From assembly GCA_043817235.1 (NCBI GenBank), contig JBDRHA010000007.1:73212-137211 (forward strand): a stretch of DNA of 64,000 nucleotides, in the 5' to 3' direction. The position numbers and the translations under genes were made by a program. Shown here piece by piece: positions 9,888 through 19,453 of this stretch (its first letter is position 1; the number at the start of each line of letters is the position of its first letter). This DNA is from Candidatus Shapirobacteria bacterium. GTDB taxonomy: Bacteria; Patescibacteriota; Microgenomatia; UBA12405; BS750m-G30. Below the pieces are notes generated by a model. That model saw only the letters and a program-made list of their open reading frames with translations. It was not told the DNA's origin and searched no databases.

Positions 9888-11083
9888 GATTCTCTAAAAA
9901 AATTATTCTTTTTTTGATCCTTGCTTCAGTTTTGTTTTCCTGGCCTTTTGGCATCCAGGGTGAGGATTCAGACGAAAAAACGACCTTGCTCGAAAACCAA
10001 ATTCAAGAATACACCCAAAAGTTAAACGAGCTGGGAAAACAAAAAAGTACATTAAGCAATGAAATTGCTATTATGGATTCCCAAATCCAGCTTACGGCTC
10101 TAAAAATTCAGCAGACCCAGGGATCTATTAATTTATTAGAAAAGCAAATTGGGGAGTTGGGCGAAAAAATCAGTGAACTAAACATCTCTCTAGATAATCT
10201 ATCTTTAGTTTTCTTGCAAAGAGTATCGGAAAGTTATAAGTTTCAGTCAACCTCTCCGTTTTCTCTGTTTCTCTCTTCTTCCAGCTTTGCTGATTTTTAT
10301 CGGAAGCTTCAATATCTAAAAGCTTTACAGCTTAATGACCGGGTAGTAATGGTTCAGCTGGAAGAAACTCGTTCAAGTTTTGACCAGCAAAAGAGCCAAA
10401 GGGAAGAAAAGCAAGCGGAGCTGGTTAATTTAAAAACTACTTTGGATAGCCAAAAGAATTCTTTAGAAAGCCAAAAATCTCAAAAAGACTATCTTTTGCA
10501 AATTACCAAAAACGACGAAAAGCGTTATCAACAGTTGCTTTCCTCTGCGCGGGCAGAATATGAAGCGATTCAAGCAGTTTTGGCCGGAGCGGGAAATGAA
10601 ATTGAAGTGGGGAATGTTTCCAAGGGCGAGCAAATAGCGAGTATTATTAGCGGCAATTCGTGCAATTCTTCGGGAGCCCATTTGCACTTTTCGGTTACCC
10701 AGGGAAACAATATTGTTAACCCCTTTAATTATTTGAGCTCAAGCGTGGAGTGGAGAAACTGTTCTGGATATAGTTGCGGAGGAGAAGGAGACTCTTTTAA
10801 CCCCGCAGGCTCTTGGGATTGGCCAATCAATTCGCCTATTACCTTCACCCAAGGTTATGGCAATACCTGGGCGGTTAATCACCAATCTTGGCTTCCTTAT
10901 GACTTTCACAACGGCATTGATATTTTTAATGATAGTTTGGCGGTAAAAGCAGTAGCGGACGGGAAGCTATATCGAGGAAGCTATACCGGAATTGGAGGTT
11001 GTGCCTTGCGCTATGTTCGGCTTATTCACAAAGACTCTGATGTTGAATCTTATTATTTACACATTAACTATACTAAGTTTTAG
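9884..11083 (+). CDS. EnvC-like coiled-coil M23 metallopeptidase (murein hydrolase activator / DD-endopeptidase)
   Basis: A signal peptide and long coiled coil are followed by an M23 domain (..SGAHLHFSV.., ..HNGIDIF..). The gene is adjacent to ftsEX. Confidence 0.8.
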   Translation: MRFSKKIILFLILASVLFSWPFGIQGEDSDEKTTLLENQIQEYTQKLNELGKQKSTLSNEIAIMDSQIQLTALKIQQTQGSINLLEKQIGELGEKISELNISLDNLSLVFLQRVSESYKFQSTSPFSLFLSSSSFADFYRKLQYLKALQLNDRVVMVQLEETRSSFDQQKSQREEKQAELVNLKTTLDSQKNSLESQKSQKDYLLQITKNDEKRYQQLLSSARAEYEAIQAVLAGAGNEIEVGNVSKGEQIASIISGNSCNSSGAHLHFSVTQGNNIVNPFNYLSSSVEWRNCSGYSCGGEGDSFNPAGSWDWPINSPITFTQGYGNTWAVNHQSWLPYDFHNGIDIFNDSLAVKAVADGKLYRGSYTGIGGCALRYVRLIHKDSDVESYYLHINYTKF

Positions 11084-11117
11084 TTAGATTTGGGATAATG
11101 GTATTATTATTATATAA

Positions 11118-11312
11118 ATGAAGGCTAAAGATAAAGAAAGGTTTTTTCAAATTTATGCCAATCTTCCTTTTAATATTCGGAATGGCGAAATTATTGCAGT
11201 AGTAGATGGTGAGCCGTTTACCTGGAATGCGGCCAGACTAGAAGTTGAAAATAATACCAAAAAAGGTGAAGAGATTTTGGGAAAGCTAATTAAATTAAAA
11301 ATAATCAAATAA
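11118..11312 (+). CDS. Hypothetical small protein
   Basis: The only evidence is a 64-aa ORF in a tight gene string. Confidence 0.3.
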   Translation: MKAKDKERFFQIYANLPFNIRNGEIIAVVDGEPFTWNAARLEVENNTKKGEEILGKLIKLKIIK

Positions 11313-11313
11313 G

Positions 11314-11565
11314 ATGAAGAATAATAGAAAAATTCAAAAGCGTTGCGAAAACAAGAGGGTTGAAGAAGAAGTGCGTGAGCTGATAATCGAACGAATTAAG
11401 GCGGCTTCTGGTGATTTGGGAATTTCTATAGGTTCGGATGAATATACCAAAGAGGAGATTTTAGAGAGTGTGGAGGAGGGCAGTGAAATAGGTCAAGAAA
11501 TTATGGACGCTCAGATGGAATATCTTCGGGATATGGCTGAAGGCAAAATATATAAAGATGAATAA
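11314..11565 (+). CDS. Hypothetical small acidic protein
   Basis: The 83-aa ORF is translationally coupled to its neighbours. Confidence 0.35.
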   Translation: MKNNRKIQKRCENKRVEEEVRELIIERIKAASGDLGISIGSDEYTKEEILESVEEGSEIGQEIMDAQMEYLRDMAEGKIYKDE

Positions 11566-12205
11566 GGCCCTTCTTGTTACGAGGCCAAATCATGATTTAA
11601 CTACGAATTATCTATTTTGTTGGAGTTTGCCTGTGATTAAGGAAGCAAGAAAGAAAGACTTTCAAGTTTTAGATTTGGAAGGAAATAAGGCCAATAAAAA
11701 GAATTTTGACAGCCATATTAAAAGACACAGGCCTATATTGGTTTTTTTCAATGGGCATGGTTCTAAAGAAATGATTGGTGGATTTGATAATGAAGTTTTG
11801 GTTAGGGTGGATAGAGATGAAAAACTCCTTTCAGAAAAAATGGTTTATGCAAGGAGCTGTGACTCTGCTGAAGAGTTAGGCTATAAATGCGTCAGGAAAG
11901 GAACAATAGTGTTTATTGGCTATAGAAGAAAATATTTCTTGGTTTACTCTCAATCGAAAAGCACCAGGCCACAGCAAGATGAGGTAGCAAAATTATTTCT
12001 CGAGCCCTCCAATTTAGTTCCAATTTCTTTACTAAAAGGAAATACTGCAAGCATTTCCTTCAAAAAATCCCAAGGTGGTATGCGGCGTAATTTGCGATTC
12101 ATGCTTTCAAGTAAGGCGTCACAGGTACAGAGAGATGCGGCTCCTTATTTGTGGCGTAACATAAAATCTCAAGTTGTAATAGGAAACAAAAAAGCAAAAA
12201 TCTAA
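11558..12205 (+). CDS. Hypothetical protein
   Basis: A 215-aa ORF with no domain I can recognise. Confidence 0.4.
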   Translation: MNKALLVTRPNHDLTTNYLFCWSLPVIKEARKKDFQVLDLEGNKANKKNFDSHIKRHRPILVFFNGHGSKEMIGGFDNEVLVRVDRDEKLLSEKMVYARSCDSAEELGYKCVRKGTIVFIGYRRKYFLVYSQSKSTRPQQDEVAKLFLEPSNLVPISLLKGNTASISFKKSQGGMRRNLRFMLSSKASQVQRDAAPYLWRNIKSQVVIGNKKAKI

Positions 12206-12258
12206 AACTCTAGATATTGATTGCGCAAAGAGCGATTTTTGTGATAGATTATTTTTTA

Positions 12259-13413
12259 ATGCCCAAGGGATGGATTTTTATTTTCTTCGTGATACTGCTG
12301 TTATTTCCGATAAAAAGTTTGGCAGTCTCTGACTTAATTTTATATAAATTTAGTTCTTTTTCTTCCCCCGACTGGATAGAAATCAAAAATATTAGTGAAG
12401 AGAGTATTTCTTTAAATAATTATTCGTTAGAGGATGAGGCTGGAAACAGGAAGACAAATTTTGACTGCTTTTTAAATTCAGGAGGAATTTATGCTGTTGA
12501 TTTTAGTAACTGGTTAAATAACGGCGGAGACGCTATCTATTTAAAAGATGTCGACGGAGTTATTGATTGTGCTGCTTATGGAGATAGCGAGTGTCCAGGC
12601 GAAAATCCATTAGATTTTGAGGAAGACAGTGATAACAAATATGGTATTTGGAATGGGGTAAGTTGGGAAATTACTGATGATTCCGGCAAAGCTGAAAATT
12701 CGGCTTGCGAAGTATTGCAGAATACTCCGGTTGTTGCTCCGACGCAAGTAAATACACCGACAGTATCTTCTAGTGGCAATTTTAAAATCAACGAGGCCAA
12801 GGATAGCGATGGTGGGAATATTTCTAACGCTAAGATATATGTGGATGATGTCTATACCCATCATTACGCTCCGGAAGATTTAGGGTTTTGCGATGGTTGT
12901 GATTGCAACAGTGGCGGAGAAGCTAGTTGCGGCTACGGCCAGCATAATATTAGGTTGACTAAGGACGGATATCAAGATTGGTAGCAAACAGTAACAATTA
13001 ATTCTGGGAATAATTATGAGGTTGATCCGATTTTAACTAAAGAAACCCCCACCTCCACTCCAACGCCTTCGTTTACGCCGACACCAACAATTAAGCTAAT
13101 AACTACCACTCCCAAAGCTTCTTTGACGCCGGCCTTGTCGCCTACTCCGACAGCAGATAGCGACTTAACCCCGACCTTAAAAGATGAAATTTCTTTATCG
13201 GTAACAAAAGAAAGTGGCCAGGCCGGCGAAATTTTGGGCGAAGCAAAGGAAGGAGAGAAGTCTTTCGGCTCAGTGAAAAACAAGAAAATTTTGGCTGGCG
13301 GCTTTATTGGCTTGGGCGGCGGCCTGATAGTGGCTGCTTCTTTGGCCGGAAACAAGAAGAAGCAAGAGAAAGCTGATTTTGATACAATGGAAGATAATGA
13401 AGACGAAAGCTAA
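12259..13413 (+). CDS. Secreted LTD (lamin-tail-domain) surface protein with Cys-rich module, PT-rich linker and C-terminal TM anchor, interrupted by a single in-frame TAG at 12982-12984
   Basis: There is a signal peptide (MPKGWIFIFFVILLLFPIKSLA) and an LTD-like segment (SPDWIEIKNISEESISL...NNGGDAIYLKDVDGVIDCAAYG). The same frame is open from 12985 to 13413 and encodes a PT linker followed by ILAGGFIGLGGGLIVAASLAGNKKKQEK. The track splits this into 12217..12984 and 13123..13413. Confidence 0.5.
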
Positions 13414-13801
13414 AAGAGCACTTCGCTTTTTAGGGCCAATCTTGTGGATGGCTTTTATTTTTTATCTTTCCTCGCGGCAAAGAATTGCCGTAAGCTCGAA
13501 CTACTGGCTGAGCTTTTTTATTTTCAAAACTTTGCACATAATAGAATATGGGATCCTTTTTTTCTTTTGGTATTCGGCCCTTTACGATCGAAAGGATAGA
13601 TTGCGATTAGCGATTATTTTTTCTTTTCTTTATGCAGTATTTGACGAACTGCACCAAAAATTTGTTCCTACTCGGGAAGGAAAAGTGCGGGATGTTTTTA
13701 TTGATTTATTAGGGATAATTATTTTTTGGCAGGTATTTTTAAATAGGTTGGAAAAAACAATAATTAAAATACCTATTCTTAAAAATATTCTCCCCTCCTG
13801 A
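13379..13801 (+). CDS. VanZ-like family membrane protein
   Basis: A VanZ signature is present (..AVFDELHQKFVPTREGKVRDVFIDLLG..) with four TM segments. Confidence 0.7.
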   Translation: MIQWKIMKTKAKRALRFLGPILWMAFIFYLSSRQRIAVSSNYWLSFFIFKTLHIIEYGILFFFWYSALYDRKDRLRLAIIFSFLYAVFDELHQKFVPTREGKVRDVFIDLLGIIIFWQVFLNRLEKTIIKIPILKNILPS

Positions 13802-13925
13802 GTCTATTTGAGGTCTTAATATCCAGTTGACAAAGCACTGAATAGTTTTTAGGATATAGGTTAGAAGAATTAGCACTTAAGATAAAGACAAATAGTTTAT
13901 GAAGTCGGATATTTTATTTATTATC

Positions 13926-13958
13926 GCCGTCCAGCATTAATGCTTGGGCGGTTTTTTT
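13926..13958 (+). terminator. Rho-independent terminator-like hairpin plus T-run
   Basis: CGCCGTCCAGCAT-TAA-TGCTTGGGCGG is followed by TTTTTTT, sitting downstream of the VanZ-like gene and upstream of the SD GGAGGTG. Confidence 0.5.
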
Positions 13959-13976
13959 ATGGAAGGAGGTGAAAAA

Positions 13977-14618
13977 ATGAAAAGAATCTTAACAAGTTTA
14001 TTTGTAATTGGGGTTGTGGCGGGTGTAATTACTAGTGCAACCAGTGCCTATTTTGCCGACGAGGGTGAAATTCAGGGTGTAACTTTTTCTACAGGCAATG
14101 CTGATTTGCAAATGACTCAGGTGTATATGCACAATTGGTATGCAGACAATGCATCTGCTGCGGATTTAGATATCCATCTTCCGGATGATCTTTACCCGGG
14201 CTATGAGGGAAGCTGGGGCAGCCCTGATGGGGCGATTTATTTGGGTAATTTTAGCGGCTCGCCGATTGATTTAACGGTGAGCGCTAGTATTACGAACTAC
14301 GCTGAAGATGTGGCTGGATTGGGCGATACGATTAAATTAGCCATGGCTTGGGGTGGAAATTGTGATAATCTGGGAGCGGGCACGGGCTTTCATGCTCTGT
14401 CTTGGTGGCAGTCTCACTCGGAAGATCTTTTTACTTATATTTCCGGCTCGGCCGACCCTGCTACCTGCGGCTTTATCCCCAATGAGCATTCTGGTGGTTA
14501 TGGAGGGTACGCAAGAGCCTTAAAGTTTTTCTTGAAAGTTCCGAACAATGCTGGGGATGAAATAGCCAATGGCGTGGCTTCGTTTAACATCCATTTTGAC
14601 GCCGAGCAAATGCATTAA
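13977..14618 (+). CDS. SipW-cognate-class secreted protein (TasA/camelysin-like)
   Basis: The SD GGAGGTG is followed by an ATG at 13977. The signal peptide ends in the SipW-cognate motif TSAYFADE, and the gene lies directly upstream of a SipW-type peptidase. Confidence 0.6.
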   Translation: MKRILTSLFVIGVVAGVITSATSAYFADEGEIQGVTFSTGNADLQMTQVYMHNWYADNASAADLDIHLPDDLYPGYEGSWGSPDGAIYLGNFSGSPIDLTVSASITNYAEDVAGLGDTIKLAMAWGGNCDNLGAGTGFHALSWWQSHSEDLFTYISGSADPATCGFIPNEHSGGYGGYARALKFFLKVPNNAGDEIANGVASFNIHFDAEQMH

Positions 14619-14687
14619 CTCAATAGCTCTTTGGGGATGTTAACTTGATGGGGTTGCCCAAAGCATTTGGGCAACCTAGTCAAGGTG

Positions 14688-17273
14688 ATGATTAAAAAAT
14701 TATCGAAATTGGGTCTTGGTCTAATTTTATTCTTGCTTCTTTTAGTAGCTTTGGCAACCGGATTAAGCGGTACTAAGGAAATTGCGGGCTTTAGGCTTTT
14801 TAGCGTAAAATCCGCTTCTATGTTTCCGGTATTAAAAGCGGGTGACTTAATTATTATTAAAAGAGACAACTTTTACGCTGTGAACGACATTGTTACTTTT
14901 GCCCGGGAGGCTGGCGCAGATAAAAAAGATGGCAAGACTGTGACCCATCGGATTGTTGACAAGTCTAACTTGGGGGAAAAGATTTTTTATATCACCAAAG
15001 GTGATGCCAACGAAACAGCTGATCGTGAGCTGGTGGCTTTTGAAAATATATTGGGCAAAAAGGTGTTTGCTTTCCCCTTAGCCGGCTATCTTATTAGTTA
15101 CACCCAGACCCTGCCGGGTTTGCTTATCTTAATCGTTATTCCCGGAACCGTTATTATTTATTCAGAACTAATCAAAATTAAGACGGAGTTATTTAGCTTG
15201 TTGGACAAAAAGAAGTCTTCTAAAAGTAGAATAATATTTATGGCAGTGATATTGACCGCTTACTTATTAAGACATCTTGGGTCTCCCTCGTTTTCTTATT
15301 ATGCGGATAGTGTTTCTTTGGGCCAGTTTAGCTTTTCTTTAGGAGATTGGACAAGGCCGAAGTCGGAAATTATCTCGGAAGAAACTTTGCTTAACAGTTT
15401 GCAGTTTAATATTGACTACGAAGCTTCCGATAATAATTTAGATTATATAGAGCTTTGGTATTCCTATAATTTTGGCGATTGGCAGCTATTTGCTGTGGAT
15501 ATTCCCGCTTCTTTGGGGGATTTTGATTTTACTTCGCCCGAAGGAGATGGCTTTTATCGGTTTATTACGGTTGCCGTTGACAAATTAGGAAATTGCGAAG
15601 ACAAAGACGATAATAGTGTTGACGATAATCTAGAACTAGAAGATCTTGCTTTGTTTTTGGGCTGGGATCTTTACGAGGTGCAGGTAGACACCCAAGCTCC
15701 TTATACGATTTTATCTTTGGGTGAATTTGGCGACGATGATTGGGGTGAAAACCGCTTTGGGCTAAACGAGCAGACGCTAAGCGGCAATTTTGAAGATACA
15801 TCTGGCTCGGAAAGAAACTGGATTATGGGGGGTGACGGCGACCATCGGGCAATTGACAATCTTGGCTTAGCTGGCCAAGCCGAAGTTTTTGGCGGTGATT
15901 ATTCCGGGCTAATAGGCTGGTTTGACTCTGATCCTGCAGTTGTGGGGACGGATTATCTTTATCAAATAATTACCCTGCCTAATACCCCCGCTACTTTGTC
16001 TTTCTGGTTCAGGGTTCTTAGTGAAGATACGGTTGATTATGATTCTTTTACGGCCAAAGTTATTGACGAAGCTGACCCGAGCAATGAAGAGGTAATTATC
16101 AGAACCGGTTCTGATGAACTTAGTGGCTGGTCTTTTGATAGTTTTTGGCAGGAAGTTACCTATTCATTAAATAGTTGGTTAGGAAAGACGGTTAAGCTTT
16201 GGTTTGGAGTAGAAAACAAAGATGAGCAGGCAATTCCTCTTAGGACATATGCTTTAATTGATGATCTTCGCGTGACTAATTTAGATAACTGGCTGACTAC
16301 CGGAAAAGAGATTGAGGTAAAAGCGAATGATCTTGGATCGGGAGTAGAGGCAACCTATTGTCGGATTAACGGAGGAAGCTGGGAGGAATGTTTGGGAATT
16401 TTTACTCCCAACGAAGCCGGCATTGGAGACAGCCAAGATTTGAATATTGAGTATTATTCAATTGATTTGGCCGGAAACCTGGAGGCTACCGAAAGCTTAG
16501 AGCTAAAAACCGATAACAGTAAAAGTTATTTTGGCCTGGTTTTAAACCAAATATCACCTCGACCCTCGGGGTCTGATTCAGGAACAAGCGGTTTGCCTTT
16601 AGAGGGGGAGTGGGTCGAGCTGTGGAATAATTCGGATGCGGATATTGATGCTGACGGCTGGGTCTTGCGGGAAAAGAGCGGAGCCTTTTTGCCTATTAAA
16701 GCGCAGAACTCTGATAATAATGGAAATTTATCTGATGGCGGTGAAACCCTAGTGCCGCCAGGCGGCTGGCTGAGAGCCTATCGAAATGGCGACTCGGATT
16801 TTAATTTGAATGATGATGTTGATAAAGTAGAGCTTTGGACCGACTATGAGGGCAGTGGTGGAAGCCTAGTTGATTCTTTTAGCTATGGTGAAGTTTTAAG
16901 CGATGATAAGACTTGGAAAAGAAATCCGGATGGAACCGGAGCCTGGGCTGACCCGGGCGTAGATATTGATTTTACTTCTTTGGGCTCCGGTAAATTTAGG
17001 CTTCAAGTTGGCAGTTTGCCCCAAAAAACAAAGCAGGTAAACTACGAGGTTCTTTACTTTAGCCTAGGGGTAGAAAAGGGTGTTTACGGAGAGGCAAAAG
17101 AGATTAAGGAGCAAAATTTAAAAAAAGAATTAATTTTAGGAACTTGCTCGACTGACGGATGCTTAAATGACTTTATTGACCAAAATCAAATCTTCGTAAA
17201 TTTAGAAATAATTAAAGAGGCGGGAATAGAAGATATTCATATTGAAAGCAGCTTTCTGTTTGTGATTAAATGA
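14688..17273 (+). CDS. SipW-type (S26B, ER/archaeal-type) signal peptidase fused to a large extracellular region containing a lamin-tail domain
   Basis: The N-terminal part has the peptidase motifs SASMFPVLKAGDLIII, KTVTHRIVD and TKGDANETAD. The C-terminal part has an LTD signature (LEGEWVELWNNSDADIDADGWVLRE...VDKVELWTDYEGSGGSLVDSFSY). Which start codon is used (TTG 14667, GTG 14685 or ATG 14688) is uncertain. Confidence 0.7.
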   Translation: MIKKLSKLGLGLILFLLLLVALATGLSGTKEIAGFRLFSVKSASMFPVLKAGDLIIIKRDNFYAVNDIVTFAREAGADKKDGKTVTHRIVDKSNLGEKIFYITKGDANETADRELVAFENILGKKVFAFPLAGYLISYTQTLPGLLILIVIPGTVIIYSELIKIKTELFSLLDKKKSSKSRIIFMAVILTAYLLRHLGSPSFSYYADSVSLGQFSFSLGDWTRPKSEIISEETLLNSLQFNIDYEASDNNLDYIELWYSYNFGDWQLFAVDIPASLGDFDFTSPEGDGFYRFITVAVDKLGNCEDKDDNSVDDNLELEDLALFLGWDLYEVQVDTQAPYTILSLGEFGDDDWGENRFGLNEQTLSGNFEDTSGSERNWIMGGDGDHRAIDNLGLAGQAEVFGGDYSGLIGWFDSDPAVVGTDYLYQIITLPNTPATLSFWFRVLSEDTVDYDSFTAKVIDEADPSNEEVIIRTGSDELSGWSFDSFWQEVTYSLNSWLGKTVKLWFGVENKDEQAIPLRTYALIDDLRVTNLDNWLTTGKEIEVKANDLGSGVEATYCRINGGSWEECLGIFTPNEAGIGDSQDLNIEYYSIDLAGNLEATESLELKTDNSKSYFGLVLNQISPRPSGSDSGTSGLPLEGEWVELWNNSDADIDADGWVLREKSGAFLPIKAQNSDNNGNLSDGGETLVPPGGWLRAYRNGDSDFNLNDDVDKVELWTDYEGSGGSLVDSFSYGEVLSDDKTWKRNPDGTGAWADPGVDIDFTSLGSGKFRLQVGSLPQKTKQVNYEVLYFSLGVEKGVYGEAKEIKEQNLKKELILGTCSTDGCLNDFIDQNQIFVNLEIIKEAGIEDIHIESSFLFVIK

Positions 17274-17277
17274 AGGT

Positions 17278-18180
17278 ATGCTAAAAAGATTGAAGAGTTT
17301 GTTCATCCCTCAGGAAGGTAATAATTTTCGAGCTAAGTTGCTTCATCCTTCAACCTTGGCTTTCCTGGTCGGTATTTTTCTTTTTAATCAAACGGTTTTG
17401 AATCTAGTTGCTATAGGCAGTCCGGGAGTTTTGGGTTATGTTTCCAAAATATTACCCGAGCAGGTGGTAGTTTTAACGAACGAGAAAAGGCAAGAGGCGG
17501 GATTAGAGTCTTTACAAATCAATGACTCGCTTAATGAATCTGCCCAGCGCAAGGCGGCGGATATGTTTGCTTTTGATTATTGGGCTCACGAATCTCCTTC
17601 CGGTCGGTCCCCTTGGGATTTTATTGCCGAGGTTGGGTATGCAGAAAATCAAGGTGGTTATATTAAACTGGGGGAAAATTTAGCCAAAGACTTTGCGGCT
17701 TCCGAAGGGGCGGTGGATGCTTGGATGAAATCTACTACTCATCGGGAAAATATCATGGATCCTGCTTTTCAGGAGATAGGCGTGGCAGTGGTGGAAGGCA
17801 CGCTTCAAGGATATAAGACTACTTTAGTGGTTCAGCATTTTGGCAAAGCCAAAGACGCAAAAGAGAATTCGGGTATTGCTGTTCAGGCCCAAGAAATTAA
17901 ACCTCAGGGAGAAAGTCTGTTCTCTGAGCAGAAAGCTTTGGTAATGGGTCAAGATCTTTCAGGGGTTGAGCAGGAAGCGCCGGTAATTAACCCTTTAATG
18001 GTTACCAAAACACTTAGCGCCTTGCTTTTTGGTTTAATTATTTTGGCAGTAATTGTGGATGCGGTTTTCTTACTGAAGAAGAAAATTCATCGTCTTTCCG
18101 GGCGCAATTTGGCTCACGCCCTATTTTTAGCCTTAGTCTTTTTGCTTATAATTTTAAGCCAGCAGGGGGTGATTAATTAA
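17278..18180 (+). CDS. CAP/SCP/PR-1 domain protein, membrane-anchored at both ends
   Basis: A CAP-domain motif is present (..DYWAHESPSGRSPWDF.. HRENIMDPAFQEIGVAVV) with N- and C-terminal TM helices. Confidence 0.7.
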   Translation: MLKRLKSLFIPQEGNNFRAKLLHPSTLAFLVGIFLFNQTVLNLVAIGSPGVLGYVSKILPEQVVVLTNEKRQEAGLESLQINDSLNESAQRKAADMFAFDYWAHESPSGRSPWDFIAEVGYAENQGGYIKLGENLAKDFAASEGAVDAWMKSTTHRENIMDPAFQEIGVAVVEGTLQGYKTTLVVQHFGKAKDAKENSGIAVQAQEIKPQGESLFSEQKALVMGQDLSGVEQEAPVINPLMVTKTLSALLFGLIILAVIVDAVFLLKKKIHRLSGRNLAHALFLALVFLLIILSQQGVIN

Positions 18181-18181
18181 G

Positions 18182-18448
18182 ATGTTTTTAAAAGAAGTTA
18201 AAAGGCATCCGGTCGATTTTGGAATTTTGGTTTTCGGGCTGATAATTTTAGGAATTGCTTTTGTTCGTTTTCAATTTTTACCCTTAACTCAAGAAAAAGT
18301 TTTGATTTTAGCTTCTTCTTTTTACTTTCTTTGGGGAATAACTCATCACCTGCTTCGAGGCGACTTTCATTTTAAATTGCTAATCGAATATCTTTTGATT
18401 TCTCTTTTTGCTTTATCCGCCGGTCTGCTAGTCTTAAGCCAGGTTTAA
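18182..18448 (+). CDS. Hypothetical small membrane protein
   Basis: An 88-aa ORF with 2-3 TM helices. Confidence 0.4.
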   Translation: MFLKEVKRHPVDFGILVFGLIILGIAFVRFQFLPLTQEKVLILASSFYFLWGITHHLLRGDFHFKLLIEYLLISLFALSAGLLVLSQV

Positions 18449-19453
18449 GGCAAGCCAGATTACTGCTCCAGAGACAAGCGGAATAAGGAGATTATCATTG
18501 ATCTTTTTCCCCCGTATTTTGGGCTCACTGTATTCTAAGATGGAAGTGGCGGCTGCCCCGGTGAGGGCAATGGGCAAAGAAATAAATTGCAAAGATACCA
18601 AAGCTGTAGCAAAAAGGGCGGCTAAGCTGGCCTCTATTCTTTTCTTTTTAGAATTAAAATAAAATCCCACTAAAGCATTAACCGAGTCGCCGACCGCTAA
18701 ATTGACAATGGCTGCTTGGGCGATATTTTGAGGAAAAAGAAGAAAGGCCGCAAAACAACTGGCTGTAAATAGGAAACAGCCTTCACCTAAAAAAGGCCGG
18801 GTTTGATCGCGCTCAAAAAAGATAATTAAATTCCTAATTTTTTGCGGCAGCCAAATAGTTGAAGCGAGAGTGATAATAGCCCAGACCAAAAAAAGGACGA
18901 AAAATAATGTTTTATCCAAAATTTGATATTCAATTAAATAAACTAAGGCAAATCCATAGAAAAGATGAACAATTTTTCGGCGCAGATTGCTGGCGTGCGA
19001 AATTTTTTGAACAATTTTTTGCTCGTGGATAATAAAAAAGACCCAAAATATCAGGGTGGCAATTGCAAATCCGCCAATTAAGTCCTGGAAATAATGAAGA
19101 CCCAGATGGGCGCGGGAGAAAGCGATAAGAAAAAGAAAAGCAAAGCCGATCCAGGAGAGGGTAGGTTTTAAAAAAGCCAAGGACCAGGCAAAAAAAGTAG
19201 CTAAAGCAGTATGCAAAGAAGGAAAGGAAAATCCGGAAGGAATATTGGTTTGAACGCCTAAAATGGCCGGATTTTCGACAAAGGGGCGAGAAATGGCGGT
19301 AATTTTTTTAAGAATTTCCACCAGAAAGGTAGTGGCAATTAAAGAGGGGACCAGAAATTTGAAGAATATTTTTCGTTTCTGATAAAAAGAAAAAACTAAA
19401 GGAAATAAAACGAGCGAAACAATCAGCAAATTAGAATTTAAGAATTCAATCAT
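18434..19453 (-). CDS. PAP2-family lipid phosphatase fused to a CTP-transferase/dolichol-kinase-like membrane domain
   Basis: The PAP2 motifs are KITAISRPF, SFPSLHT and FSRAHLGLHYFQD. The C-terminal half has a CdsA/DolK-like GD..A..G motif (LAVGDSVNALVGFYF). Confidence 0.55.
   Translation of the reverse strand: MIEFLNSNLLIVSLVLFPLVFSFYQKRKIFFKFLVPSLIATTFLVEILKKITAISRPFVENPAILGVQTNIPSGFSFPSLHTALATFFAWSLAFLKPTLSWIGFAFLFLIAFSRAHLGLHYFQDLIGGFAIATLIFWVFFIIHEQKIVQKISHASNLRRKIVHLFYGFALVYLIEYQILDKTLFFVLFLVWAIITLASTIWLPQKIRNLIIFFERDQTRPFLGEGCFLFTASCFAAFLLFPQNIAQAAIVNLAVGDSVNALVGFYFNSKKKRIEASLAALFATALVSLQFISLPIALTGAAATSILEYSEPKIRGKKINDNLLIPLVSGAVIWLALNLA

Noticed and set aside
12982-12984. Stop-codon reassignment (alternative genetic code) as the explanation for in-frame TAG, or for TGA elsewhere
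   Set aside because: TAG, TGA and TAA each terminate multiple well-conserved proteins at the expected C-termini, for example TGA in lysS and TAG in the 21149 gene. The standard code 11 therefore fits.
13802-13943. Possible small RNA between the VanZ-like and TasA-like genes
   Set aside because: The region is adequately explained by a terminator hairpin plus T-run followed by the SD/start of the next gene.
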